Source of the DNA: Tubiluchus corallicola
Lineage: Eukaryota > Animalia > Priapulida
Direction of reading: 5' to 3'
Assembly (NCBI GenBank): GCA_030141605.1
Contig: JAQGDQ010000052.1
Coordinates: 744,001-808,000, forward strand
Length of the DNA stretch: 64,000 bases
Position 1 is the first letter of the stretch. Each line of letters opens with the position of its first letter. Positions 1-14,730 of this stretch are shown in pieces. The notes under the pieces are model-generated. The model did not search any database. It saw only the letters and a program-made list of their open reading frames with translations, and was not told the DNA's origin. A program made the translations under genes and the position numbers.

Positions 1-1974
1 ATCGTACTGCTCTGTATACAGTGTTTGTTACTATAAATGTGCTGTTATTTGCAGGTTTGTAAATTGAAGACTGGTTCTTATAAGATTATTTGCTATAAAT
101 AGATAAAGAATATTGAAAGAAACGTTTTTGTTAATAAATAAATCAGTGTTCTGTTTGCCGCCGGCTGTCTACTGTACTACCTCTCAGTAAGTTCTACCTG
201 ACGTGACGTCATAGCATTGAGTGTCATGGCGCGTGGTGATATTTGCTGTAGGACCAACGGCGCGCAAATTAAGTAGCGCATAAAAGTACGAATCAGAACT
301 GTTTTAAAAGTTAAGAAATACGTTATTCCGCCTACGCTATAAAAGAAAATAACATAAAAAATAGTGTCATAGGACATTTAAAACCCATAAAACGAACTGT
401 TTGGGCTTCGTAAAACAAGGTAATTGACCAATCACAATCAATTGCTTTCGCCTGTATTTCACGAGATTTGTCTTCAACAACATGCTCTCTGCAGTTAACT
501 AATATGCAGTGTATGCAAAATAAACAATACTTACTGATAATAATCATATAGACCCTATTCAGTTATTAACAACGGTTGTCAAGCAACAATGGCATAAGGA
601 TGTACCATTGGTGCATTTCAGATGCGTGTAGATTTAGCTCTTCCACGTTTTATTCACAAACGACGCAAGTTTGATTAAAAATCTTTTTGCCAGAATTGTG
701 CAATCTAGCAGTGCGCTGGTGGCAAATATTGCTGATGCTAAAGATTCTGATGTGCTGCACACTTCGATTTTGTTTTTGTGGACGTTATTCTTATTTGGTG
801 TGGGTAACTTTTAATATTTTTGTTATTGCTTGTAATTAGTAGAGCTAGTATTTTGTGCGCCTGTGTATGTGTAGTAGCTTGTTTTACTGTATTATAATTA
901 TGGTAATTTTAATGCTGAAATTAAAGGTAAATTGAACTGAATTGAATCATTACTAAAATATTATAGGCTTCGACAATATGCAACCTGCGTTAAGATAATA
1001 AACTGTGCCCATCAGCTCTCTTCAAAAATCATTGACCGAATCTGTTTACGGTGTTTGCAATCTCTCATTATATCAAATTTGTTAATTGTTAGCTAATTAA
1101 CGTTACGCGTACGTGTAAGCAGACCAATAAAATGACACGGATAAGTCAGTTCTTCATAACGTGAACTGTGACTGCTGCGTCAAAATGACACGAAAGTGAA
1201 TAGCATTGCGCCTAATGGCGTCATATCATATACCATCTTTGTTAAACTTCGCAGGATGCATCCATAATTGGCGACATAACTGTACAATGTTGTCGCAGTT
1301 GACATACCATTAGAGGGAAAAGAACAAAAGAGGCACCGTATCATTAAGTAGAGACTTGGCGCCATGGAGGTGTCATCAGCTTGCAGTCAGAATTTGTCTC
1401 CCGTGAATTGCGGTCTTGGTTAGTGATTAACTTGGTACTTGTTTCTCATACTACATATGTAAGATTTAGTACGTATTATACGGCCTAAAAATTTTGTACT
1501 ATATAAAGATAAAAGTTTTAGAGTTTTACGACTTCAGTGTACAACGAAACATATGAATTTACTGCACCAACATACGAGCAATAATACAGAAAAAAACATA
1601 CAACATGCGTGACATATCATTAGCAAACATTTTAAGTTTCTTTAGTTAAGAATCATGCCGTTTCTCTAATTAAGTATATATAGGTTAAACGTCATAATGT
1701 GTTGTTAAGCTTGTACTTATAATTATAAATTGATACAATAAGCACTTAAGCGGGTTGTTACAAAAATCGTATTTTTAATTCTATACTAAAATTGTGATTT
1801 TTTGGCAGTGTAAGCTTTTTAAGAAACAGTTCGCTTTCTCCTTGAATCTATAACCACCGTTACATATTGAGTGACATTAGTAGTACAATTTTCCCACTTT
1901 TGTGACGCATTTATAATACGCATGGAACGCGCATTAATTACTTTTAACGTTTTTGAATGACAACTTTTCGAAAT

Positions 1975-2657
<683 letters not shown>

Positions 2658-4159
2658 CTATAAATAAATATATAATCGTACAACAGAGCAGTAATGATTG
2701 TAACGCTTTGCAAATTAACACATTACAGTACCCGAATAATAGACACAGACATGCACTTACGTAAGTCAATAAAACAGTTATAGTTTGCAGTATTAAAGCA
2801 CATTGTAGTACTACGCAATAAGGTTAATGTTCATAGCCCAGAAATCAAAATAAAATGCACGCAGCGCAAAATTAGAAGTTTATATGGCTATTTTTAAAAA
2901 TAAAAACTAGAACTAAGAGCTGATAAAATGCCACGTGCACTTTTAATATCCTTTTGAGTAACCTTCCTAAGACATGCCGCGGCCGTTTATAAGCTCATAT
3001 CTGTTTATTGTAGGGTTTGTTTTATCAACCTGAAATCTGTGATAAAGCCAGTGATAGTCTCTTTACGACTTGGAGCCGCAGGGTCCACTGGACTAACCTC
3101 ACTATTGCGGACGTTGTTATGCAAATGATAATTGTGTTGTTTGTTTTGACGTGTTTTTGTGCCGCATCTTACGCCATCCGTTGCCATTATCTTCCCACGG
3201 CATTAGTCCCATCTCATCGCCCAATTATTTAATTATGTGGGTTTTAGGGCATTATTGCTTAGTCTCTTAGGGAATAAAGCTTAGAAGTACTGTAAATAGC
3301 TTACCAAGTCCAAGCAGTTGTCGACATGGTTGTTCACTGTCTAGAATAAAGTTAGCCTGCTCAAGGAATTCGTCAGTCATTCCGGAGAACTTTATACACT
3401 GAAACTAAATTCAGTTTAATGAAAGTTACGTTGATATGTCTTGAGGCTAAATTATAGATAAAACAAAACAGTTTCTTTGTAAGCGACTATGACGGTACAA
3501 TAGCCACAGCCACTGAAAATGTTTAAAGCACAAGAAAACTTTTCATAAGTATAAAGCTTAAGAAATTCGTCTTGAAATTTTATATCACTTACTTACTGCC
3601 TTTTTACATACAGGACTTCAATCAGCAGGCACGCTGTATAAACTCCCGCGAGACTCAGTTATTTTAAAGGTAGGTTGTCTGAAACAAGTTTAAATAACAA
3701 TGTGTAAACTTTGAAAATACAATCAGAGCAAGCGTAGCGCACACGTCACTGACTAAATAAAATTTTAAATTACTGTATCTTGTCAATAAGATTAAAAATG
3801 CGTTTTTTGGATAGTGAGTGGTGCACCCTGAAGGGTGAGTCAACGACATTTTTCCAATTGGTGAAAACATTTTAAGTAATTAAAAATTTTCTTTTCTAGT
3901 TACAAAAAGCTTCCAAGCAGGTAAGCGAAATGCTAAGTAATATAGATTTCCAAGGAAAGTTTTTTGGGACATAATTTAACGTTGCCTTTTCCCCCTGATT
4001 TACGTTTGCGTAGTGACGTCAAGTAATAGCGACTTCGGAACAGTATTGCGGGAAATTTAAAATGAAAACAAACAAAAATCCATTTCGACGCGAGTATAAC
4101 ATATGCATAAAATTGCTGTAAAGTAATATAATTTTTAAGGCGATTTTTCTGAAAACTGA

Positions 4160-4245
4160 AATCAAGTACTCATTAATAAACAACTTATGCTAGAATCAAC
4201 TATATGTACTGCTGTAATAAGTTGTTTATTAATGAGTACTTGATT
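4160..4245. repeat. Perfect 29-bp inverted repeat with 28-bp spacer
   Basis: aatcaagtactcattaataaacaacttat (4160-4188) pairs with ataagttgtttattaatgagtacttgatt (4217-4245). Confidence 0.85.
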
Positions 4246-4446
4246 CAAAAGACAGTTTACGTAACTTACAATGCAATTTACAATTAATACCATAATACCA
4301 TCTTAATATCATAATAGTAAACAATTTCGGTCAATTTCGTTTTATGAAAATGGCGGTTTATGAAGTCTTTTCATTACTGATGACGCAGTGATAGCGTCAC
4401 AATACCAAGAATTTCTCACTACTTTTGAAACAGGTTTCCTTTCTAA

Positions 4447-5253
4447 GGCACGTGCCCTTCTATAAAACGTCTGATCAAAAGAAGGGTGCCGCATGAAAGA
4501 GCGTGGGAGAGGAACCCAGAGCTAATTGCTCAGGTAAGATCTGAATGTAACAAAGGACACTACAAACAATAGTTCCTTATTGTGGCTTACCTCTGAGCGC
4601 CAGACTAGCAACTACCAAATCCTAAACTGAAAAACTTCAAATAAATTCAGAAGAAAAGGTTAAAAGTGGAAGTTGAAGCAGTCTTGCAGAATATACATTT
4701 TGTAAACACAGCATGATATTATACAAAATTAATAGAACTCTTAAACTTATCCGGTTTTAATGCTTCAATATTTGAGCATTTCGTAACGGTTGTCTTACTT
4801 ACCGCACAAGAAAGTGGGTGGGGCTTTGCAAGGCAAGGTAAATGTTCATTGGTTGCAAGACACTAAAATAGTCTCCTTCCATGCAGCAGTCCATATAAAA
4901 TCAGGTGTGCTAATATTACCTGTCTTATCTTGTGCCCGTACGTTAGTGCAAAGAGTTAATCTTAAAGAGCGAAATAACTTTGCTTACAGAAAAATGCCGG
5001 TCGAAACGGAACTGTTACAGCGGATGAGTTTCGAATCAAAGAAGGTCTGTTGTTGCTCATTTTCATTACTGTAATGCTTTTAGACGTGTAATTAATTTAT
5101 AGTATATTTGTTTACGCGCACGTATATTTAAACGGTTTCACTTAGCTTGTAATCTTGCATATATAGTTCGAATAAATTTATGCTTTTGTACTAGCACGTT
5201 TGTGTTAGTTTTGCCTACTAGATGTTAAGAAATTAAAGTATCGCACGTGGGAA
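4447..5253 (+). promoter_or_regulatory. Hes promoter and intron-1 motifs
   Basis: TATAAAA 4894-4900; reverse CCAAT 4848-4852; N-box CACAAG 4805-4810; palindromic GGCACGTGCC 4447-4456; CSL/Su(H) site CGTGGGAA 5246-5253 overlapping CACGTG. A further TTCCCACG lies at 3192-3199. Confidence 0.55.
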
Positions 5254-6992
5254 TTACATTGCGTGGCATGATAATTGATGACATAAAGTTTCAGGACTTA
5301 TAATTTGTGTTACGCAAATGTTTCAAAAAGAAATTAAAATACAAAAAAATCAATGAAACTCTTCCAAATTGCCTGTGGAACGTACTTAAATTAAACATGT
5401 TCTTAGATGCTATGTCGCGTCGTCTTCAAGTCAACTAATGTTTATGACATTCTGACAAGCAAACTGACTGTTACATTAAAACTCTCATGTAGATAAATTT
5501 TACGTCAAATAAAGTCACGAATGAAAAATTCGAAAAAATTCTTCCGGAAATGTTGTTTGTTTATTGTCACAAGTTAATTAATTTTATAAATTTTTGCTAG
5601 GCTTTTGAACATGAAACCTGATGGGACGCAGTTAGATGAGTGCCAACCTCTATATTTTACTTTTCAAATTTGCAAACTGATGCGCGAGTCTCAGGTGCAA
5701 ATATTTGATCATATCTAATGCTGTGAGTAAACTTGGTGCTGATCTTTATTCTTTAGGTTTCTAAACCATTGATGGAGAAGAGAAGACGAGCGAGAATAAA
5801 CAGCAGCTTACAGGAGTTGAAGTCAATGCTTTACCTAACCATGAAGGAAAGAGTCGGCAAAAATTACCATAAATTAGAGAAGGCTGATATACTTGAGATG
5901 ACTGTCACATTATTAAAAGAAAAACTTTCGGGTAAGCATAACTATAGCTTATAAAGCAAAATAAGTTAGATTTAAAAAGACGCTATAGCCTAACTGCTTC
6001 TTTATTTGTCAATAGTTGATGTCAAACATTTTCATGATATCTTATTTTGGTGTCGGCACTTGCAAAAGTATTATGATAATTTGAATTAGATCCACTTTCA
6101 CCAACTCGAGACTAATAGGAAACAGTCTTGCTTTAGGAAGCAATTGAATGGATGCCAAATAACTTTATTTATTTTTTGCTAATTTTTAAACTTCATTATA
6201 GAATTTAATAAAAAAATTAAGCTATTTGGCTAATAGAAAAAATTAAATTAAATCAAACAAATTAAACTAATTGGTTATTTTTCTTCATTGTTTGTATGGG
6301 ACAACTAATTTGTACACTTGATATTTTGTTGCTAATTTTTATATTTTTTTATTATGGACCTACTCTTCAGATAATTATATCTAACGATGAGCTACATTTG
6401 CTAATGATGAGTTGTTTCCCTTTGAATATTTTTGAATATCAATGAAACGTAGAATAGAGTTTTTACTGTTAGTTATAAGATCATCTTTCTTTATTTAGAA
6501 TCTCCTAAATATGCAGCTGGGTTTCAACAATGTTCAAATGACGTTGGGCAATATGTACAACCTTGTGTGAGTCCTGAAGTAAAAGAGAGATTGGTACAGC
6601 ATCTGAAAAAGACGTGCAACCGCGTGGCAGCAAAGTGCAGAGATGATGCGGAAACCATGGAAATGAAAAATCGGGCTCCAGTTATGGACCGACTGACCGA
6701 AAATAACGAAAAGCTTAAAATTGCTGATGCAATCGAAACTCTTCATTTTGCTAGCGGGTCAGACTCTACATGCCCAAGCTTTACAACAGAACACAAGCCT
6801 CAAAAGGTTGTACCTGTTGTTATGACAAGCGGAGAAACAGTCTTTCTTTTACCTGGACTTAATTCAGTTGCAAACGTCGTAAGCTCATTTAACACGCCGC
6901 CATCTTCTCCAATAAAAATTCGTGAACCAGCGACTGGTTTTATTGAAACTACTGGAGAGCACTCGTTCCAAGCAGTTTGGAGACCATGGTAA
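4994..6992 (+). CDS. hes: hairy/Hes-family bHLH-Orange-WRPW repressor; exons 4994-5044, 5757-5931, 6499-6992 (239 aa)
   Basis: GT-AG splicing gives MPVETELLQRMSFESKK|VSKPLMEKRRRARINSSLQELK...KLEKADILEMTV (bHLH with basic-region Pro), Orange domain YAAGFQQCSNDVGQY...RLVQHL, hairy-type PVVMTSGETVFLLP, and a C-terminal WRPW. Intron phases 0 and 1 are consistent. Confidence 0.96.
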
Positions 6993-7619
6993 ACTAACAG
7001 TAGCTGCTTAGCTACTGCCAGCTATATATATATATATATATATATATAGGAATGTTACTTGTCAGTTGTCAAAATAATAATAAATTTTAGTGTAAATTGC
7101 ATGTTCATTTTGGTCTGCGATCGGTCAGCTTATTAATGTATCAAAGCAATTGTATAACTCTTGTAATTTTTCTTTTCTAACTGATGGCCTGCTCTTAATT
7201 CATGTAATTATGAATTATTTAATTATTATAACAATTATTTTCCTTATTGGCATTTGTAAATAAATAAGAATATCACAACATTGTCTGTAAATACGTGTAA
7301 ATTGTTTACTTTTGAATAAAAAGTTTTGTTTATATTTACATTTAATGTAGTTAATTTTTGTTCAAAAATCTTGGTGTTTTGTGTTATAATAAATACCAAT
7401 ATAAAGTTTGAAAAGTTAAGAAACTACGCCAAAAACATAATCAAATCTTACGATTCATTTGCATGATTAGGCTTGTAGATAAAATGACATGCTGTCTGGA
7501 GATAGTGCGCACCTAAAGCCAAGATTTCACACTTGGCCGGGACTCAAGTTCAACACTCGCCAAAAAATTCTTGCGTTTGTGTTTTGTCGCAAATTATTCG
7601 TGCGAATATATGAAAAAAA

Positions 7620-8120
7620 GACTAGAAACATACTGAAACCTCACTTCTAAATAACTACAAACCAATCTCCATGTTGTCCAGTATCTCAAATGAGTATTTA
7701 AGTACTTTTAACATTTTTGATTCAAGTCATTCAAGGCTTCCGTAAGCAGCACTCCACTGAACTTGCTGCAGCAGAATTAGTTGACCGTTTTATTAACGGG
7801 TTTGACTGTGGTGAACAAATTGTTGCTATTTCTATGGATCTAGGCAAAGCATTTGATTTGCCAGACCATGCAATTTTGCTTCATAAACTCAGATATTATG
7901 GTTTAACTAATAATTCTAGGGCATTGCTCTTTAGTTACCCGAATAATTGAAAACAATACGTTGAGTATAATGACTCGCAACCAGAACTCTGCAATATCAT
8001 AACTGGTGTCCGTCAAGGTTTTATTCTCGGCCTCCTTTTGTTTTTAATTTGTATCAATGATTTGGGCTTTGTCTGTAACTTGTTTAACACCACAATGAAT
8101 GCAGATGATACATCACTTAT
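7620..8120 (+). mobile_element. Degenerate LINE reverse transcriptase fragment (CR1/L2/Crack-like)
   Basis: GFRKQHSTELA...MDLGKAFD...HAILLHKLRYYG, then GVRQGFILGLLLFLICINDL...ADD, with stops. Confidence 0.88.
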
Positions 8121-8426
8121 ATATATATATATAAGTGGAAATTTAAGTAAATAAATAAATAAAAAGGGGTTGCACTTTGCACTTGTTTTGCTGGAATAAT
8201 TTCTTTGAGGGAGACATGAAATTCTTTGAAAAGACTTACATAAGACGGCTTTAGATAGGTTGAATTATGTATCTATATCTACTGTTATCTATAAATTTCA
8301 TGTCAAATGCTCACGTTAAATGTAAAAGGTGTGTAAGAGCAGAGCAGCGCTTAACAAACCATTTTAAAGATGAAGAAACTAATTTAGAACATAAATGCAT
8401 ACTCTTATAATGGCAGAATACATACC

Positions 8427-8526
<100 letters not shown>

Positions 8527-11500
8527 TATATGGATAACACATGGATATACATACACATTTGAATAACATTTACATGTATACGAGTGTACAAACTCTATTG
8601 CATGTAATCCATATATCAAGCTGTTCGTGCGTGCGCGTGCTAATCTTAGATTACTACATTTTGTTCAGTTCTTGCTATGTCTGCTATGTTGCTTACAAAT
8701 GAGATTTGATCTATAGTTTTAGCACAGAAGTCACCACCATTGTATAAATGCAAGATGATTATTCGCCTGACTTCCTGTCTATTCTAGCTTTAGATTAAAG
8801 GTTAAACTATTTATGTAACCTTAATAACTGTTAATCTTAAGAACTGGTATTATCCGAGTGGTGAATGTAATTACTCATTGTGGCACTTGCAGAAATTTGT
8901 GTGTTTTCTTATTCAATAGCTTCTAAAATATTAAAGCAGATCTCAAATTCCAAATTGGAGTTCATAATTGACGTTAAGGATGTAAAGTCTACATTGCTGA
9001 ATCTTCTCCTAGTTTCAGCTCAGTCATTATTACATCTTCATATCTTCTCTTCACTGACACAGAATGAAAATTTGTTATTGTGATTTTTTTAGCCTTTGTA
9101 TAACGTTGCCGTTTTCTGAAAACAAGAAAATGTTCGACTATGAAATGTTTCAATTCTGCTATCCCTTTTAAAGATTGTAAACATTAATTTTATAGACAAT
9201 AAACCACCACCATCTCTTAAATCTAAGAATGATTAACTGCATAATATCAAAGAAACTTGGATTATTCCCATTTCGAAATACAGTAAATTTTTATGTGAAT
9301 AAAACAACTATCATGCCTGTACTGTTTGTATTTGTATTATACTATTTGTATAACGGTCATCGCTGGAGTTTAGATTTTCAAGTTTTGTACAGCGATGATG
9401 CTAATACAAGTTCAGCACGCAATAAGATAGAATGTACCTGTCTTAAGAATTTCTAAACGAATTTTTTTAGGTTTATGTAATGATTTTGCTTCCTTGTGCT
9501 TTAAGATTTAGAAAACAGTAAAATCTCTTTGCTTTTTATTGCTATTGGCTTATGTTCTCCCCGATTCAGAAGTTTCTTCACATACAAAATAAAATTTATA
9601 AAAGCTATTTAATATTTTGCAGATTTTTCTATTTATTTATAAAATACTCCCTATTTTGCCAACTTGTTCAGAAATGCCAGCAATGCTGGGCTCATTGCAA
9701 AAATCCACACATTTTAAAGTCAAAAATGTGGATATACGGCTATTTCGTCTAAAACTGGCTAGATGTCCTCTTTCCCAATCTATAGTTTGATTTCTACATT
9801 TCAGTCTCTGTCTGTGTTGTCCATTTTATCTATTTTAGCTTTGACAAAATTAATAAACGATTTAAAGCTTAACAAAAATCAATATATTCAATAACAAAGC
9901 CCAGCTTAGTGCGGATATGCAGTTCAATATACTTCTAACATTGTTTTATACTACTTGTTGTTTTTCTATATTTTTTATGCTTTCTCTTGGCTTCTCTCAT
10001 AACATCATGTTATGTTATTGCATCAAGTGAATGGTACCCAGGTAGGATCATGCAGATTTACACACCTTGAACCTGCATAAGCGTACGAAGCGGGGAAAGC
10101 AGGGGAAGGGGGGGGGGAGGTTGCCCACCCAGGACAAGTGAATTATACATTTTCAGGGCAAAAGATGGTTATTTTCAGGGCAAATAATTCTCTTTTAAAA
10201 TTTCAAAATTTAAGATTTCAATATTCAAAAATTACGTTACATCTTTTTACTAGCTGCAGTTTCTTATAGGAGGAATTGTTTTAAAGTTTTAAAAAGTTTA
10301 AATTTAATAATAATGCCTGTTATCAATTTCTGACAAGATTATGGGCTATGTTTGCAAAATGAGAACATAGACTGTCAACATTGTTTCTTTGAATTTCTGA
10401 AAAGTTATCTCTGAAATTATATCTGAGAGTATTGCATTTTTCCTCATTGAAAACGCAATGTTTGTGTCTTGTTTGACTTATAATTTTTTCACCTTTTGCG
10501 CTTTTGAAGTTACTATGGGTACAATTTAAATCACCTTTTGCACATTTGAAGTTACATTTTGCAAGCTGAAGCCATTTTTTGCAACCGTCAAGTAAAAATG
10601 TACAATTACAAGCTACTTACCTGCCTACATACATTCTACTTACCTACCTACTTATAATATCTCTTATCTATGCTTATCTAATTGCCTCCTAACGTAGGCA
10701 TAAACACAGGAAGCATTTTTGTTATATTGCGAATTACGTAGCTTTTAACATTATTATTTATTAAAAGATGAGCTTTCGCCACAAACTCTTCAGTGGTCTG
10801 AACTAAGTGGCGGCATTGCCCAAAGGTTCCCTCCGGCCTCTTACTTAACAATGGTGTAAGTGTGCTGTAACCTAATTAGTCGTATTTTTGACACATTGAA
10901 AGCTGAGATAAATAGAAGCGTGAATGAAAGACTTTGGCACAACACGAGACGAGGGCCGAGGGCAATCAGCCCAAGGCAAAAACAAAACAGTTTGAAGAGG
11001 TATCGGTTGGTCCAGCTGTGGTGATTTTGTTTGGCAAGGAAACCTGTTTCAGTTAAAATAGAATAATAAGTTAATGTGTTTGTTAGTATCTTAATAACGG
11101 TAAAATGGGATAAGGAGCACTCATGCTATAAAGATTAATAGTTTATAACTAATAGGGAAGCACGTACTTATAATTTTCGAGGGTTATTGGGTTTTTATTT
11201 CTTAGTAAAAAAAGAAAACAAAATTGGACTCTTACACAACCAGTTTTAAGATCATACCATAAGAATAAAATCTGTCTACATTTAGTCATATCGTATTATT
11301 ATTCTATTGAATATGATCTACGTTGTGCCCTCTATAGGCTCTGCTACACACAGTTAAATTACATAAAATTATTTTAGTGTACTAGTAGTACCGCGTAGAA
11401 AAACAGATTTTAGACTTGTCGAATCTTAAACAACGCATCCACACGTATAACTGTAGATTCTGCGTGTAAATGTCACAAAAATTTCAACAAATATTATTTT

Positions 11501-13526
11501 CTTTAACAGCTTTTATGTTCAACTGTGGTAAAGTGAGCGTTTATTTTTGTATATTCAATTTTATATACAGTATTCATTTTGTAAGCAAACGAGGCATTAA
11601 TCAAAAACTATACAATCAAAAGTAAATGAGAGAATGTTGCCAGAGAATGGAAGCTGTTAGTTCCAAGTTCTTCACTATACATTTACGTGATGTGTGCATG
11701 TATTAAATCTTTATTTGCCAATATAAAAACAAGCGAAAACAATCACATTATTGGCAAATACATCCTACAGTGACAAGAGTTATGCCTTCACTGCTTAATG
11801 GCAAATACGTCTGGTGCAAATATCTACACAAGTGCGAGTTAAAACAATAAAATTATATGTAATATTAAAAAAATACCCAGAAAGACTCAGCACCAGAAAG
11901 TTTATACTATTACTACTACTATTACTACTATGAATTTAGTTTCACACATCAAAATACAATATCAAGCATATTAATAAACTTTAAATAAAATAATTTGAGT
12001 AGTGCGAGGTGAGTGTACGATCATACGGTCATTAACACTCCTTACTTAAATGAAAAAATGATTATAGTTATGCATGCTTCTGTAGATAACTTAATGTAAA
12101 TAAGGATGAAGTAAATGATGTAATAATAGCAATGGTATAAGAGCAATAAACCTGAAAGTTGAGAAAGGAAAACATAATATGTAATTACGACTTTGAGTGA
12201 GCCTTAAAGAGTGAAAAGTAGTTACGAATATGAATTATGTGATTATCTGTCAATGTACTTATACAATATTAGTTCGTATAAAACAATGTTCATAATAACA
12301 GTTTAAATCAATTTTATGGAGATTACAGTCGAAATAAAGAATATAATTGACTATGATACAAAAGTAAAGAAACTTCAGATTGCGTTGCACATAGATTGCA
12401 TTATATACATGAGAAGTTCTTTACTACATCTACATTTATTATACTACATTTACATTACAGGAATTCTGTCTTGGCTGTGTGCCATCAAATCTTGTTAAGA
12501 TTTCCCACCTTGTTTACCATTGCTTTCACATCATCCATTATCCAAGTAGTCATTAACTCAGAGCCAACTGAATGGATTCTCTTTGCAGTACGAAAAGAGA
12601 GGCATGCATTGTACCTCCAGGCACGCCACTCGCTGCATGCTTGACCCCAGGCCAGTAAACTTTCCCTCCTTGTTTTGGCATTATTTGTTAACCATGAGTA
12701 ACCTTACAGAAGAAAGCTAATATCTCCCACTGTTTCTATTATAATTCAACTTGCAAAAACTGCCTACAGGCATATTAGTCTTCGTCTCCGCCCTTTTCTT
12801 CATTTGTTCTTGTTTCTGCCTTCCTCTCCCTGTTTTCTCTTTCTTTCTCCCTAATCGCCCCAAAAATGAGACACGACTTATTTGACACGTTTTTCATCTT
12901 GTTTCCAAACATAATTATTTCAGACGGTCTCATGGACGGTATTTAAATATTAACGAAGTAAATCAATGTTTTGTGTACGTAATGGCTATATGCCCGACTT
13001 TTCTGGCCAATGTGATAAGTGTGAAAATATAATATTCATCGCGTATTATGTATCAGTATGTTGTGATAACATTTTTGGAGATTATAGGTCATATTTATGA
13101 TTCCTGCATGACTGAAATCATAACAAGGTAAGAACAGAAATCCAAAGTTACCCATAAACAGCGTTAGATGACTTTGACAACAGCCCATTTCCCACACTTA
13201 TTCCTCCTAATTAGTGTGTCTGCTTAATGTTAATTAGTGCCCAAGGGTCCCTTTAGATTTTGCCGAAGGCAGTGAAGTGATCGTGCCCTAGAAGGCCCCA
13301 GGTGTTGAAAATATTTATAGTTGTGGAACTCATTATGTCATGTATTGTTCTGTGTTTGAATGCAAATGTTTAGAACACCTTCTGTTACTTCTGCAACACG
13401 AACAGACTTTCAGGCGAGTAAGCTAATCACACACTTGTACTCAGCAGGCTGATCCTGTAGCAGCGTATGATAGGATGTTTCATATTACATGTACAAGAAA
13501 TTTCGTATTATTGGCGTTAAAACAGT

Positions 13527-13722
13527 AAATAAATAAATACATAAATAAATAAATAAACAATTAAATCAATAATAAAAACAAATAAATAAATAAATAAACA
13601 AACAAATAAATAATAAATAAATAAATAAAAAATAATAAATAAATAAATAAGCAAATAAATAAATAAATGAACAAATAAATAACTAAATAAATAAAAATAA
13701 ATAAATAAACAAATAAGTAAAC
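13527..13722. repeat. Degenerate (AAAT)n microsatellite
   Basis: Direct reading. Confidence 0.9.
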
Positions 13723-13902
13723 ACTAAACTGACATTGAAGTATTGCCGAAACATTGGAGAATCTGCTGCAGCACAACACAGAAACATACTTGCAGAAATA
13801 TTTTTCCCGTGACGTTACTTGTGTCAGATTCTAAGGCAACGGCTAGCGAGTTGCACTGCTTTGGCGCAAAATTTGCTAAAACGAAATGACTATAATATAT
13901 AA

Positions 13903-14693
13903 CTAGCAAGGGCCCCGCAAAAGATTTTGCGTATAAATACATGTGTAATCAATAATCCTACATAGTCCTCAAAAATACGCGAACATCCTGCCTACTGTTT
14001 GTCTGTTTATCTAACGCAAAGCCAGCAGGCAGCTTTTTACTGAATTAAAGCTATAAGGTTATAGACAAAGTACAATGGACGACGTCACAACAATGGCATT
14101 GCGTCAGCAGTTTTCTAAGCGAAAATTGCCGAAAATAGAACATCTAATTAACTCGCTAGTACCCCTCTCGGTGGACCTGTCCTAACATATAGCCCACATC
14201 ATCGTATAGCACCGTTCTTCCTCTTTCCGATGAGCCGTATATCTCCTTCCAAGAGTCCCACCAGGCGCCGCTAGAACGTTTTTCCCGCATGCTGTTTAGT
14301 CAAAATTTCGAAAAAATTGCGAGTTGGGTCCGGGAAAACGCCCGTTGCGGGGCGCCCTTGCCCTGTCGCGAATTCTAAATATGCCTACTACACCCACCGT
14401 TGAACGGGCTATCTATCCATGCCCAGCACCCCCCTCGGCCCGTTCCCGTTCTCTACATCTCAGCCGTGTAACTTTTGCAAAAAACGGCCGAAAATGGCCA
14501 TTTTTAGAGGTTTTTTGCCCTCCTTTCCTCCCGGTGGGCCCGATTCGAAAAATAAACCATCAATGAGAAGACACTAGATCGAGACCTTTCGTTTGATATA
14601 TAGATCGCCGCAAATGGTGCCCTCGTCCGGGCTGTAGCCTCGAATCTTATATATATATAATGCCCATACCAAGAATATTAATCGAATGGAAGA
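13903..14693 (-). mobile_element. Non-autonomous Helitron, copy 1
   Basis: The minus-strand 3' end is hairpin CGCAAAA-TC-TTTTGCG, then about 9 nt, then CTAG|T; the 5' end is A|TC. Highly similar to the copies at 14731, 27515 and 27888. Confidence 0.85.
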
Positions 14694-14730
14694 TAATAAA
14701 TAGTCATAATACAATAGTTACATCATGTAA

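Noticed and set aside
12487-12702. Minus-strand open stretch after an AG acceptor (YSWLTNNAKTRRESLLAWGQAC...)
   Set aside because: No recognisable family and no partner exons.
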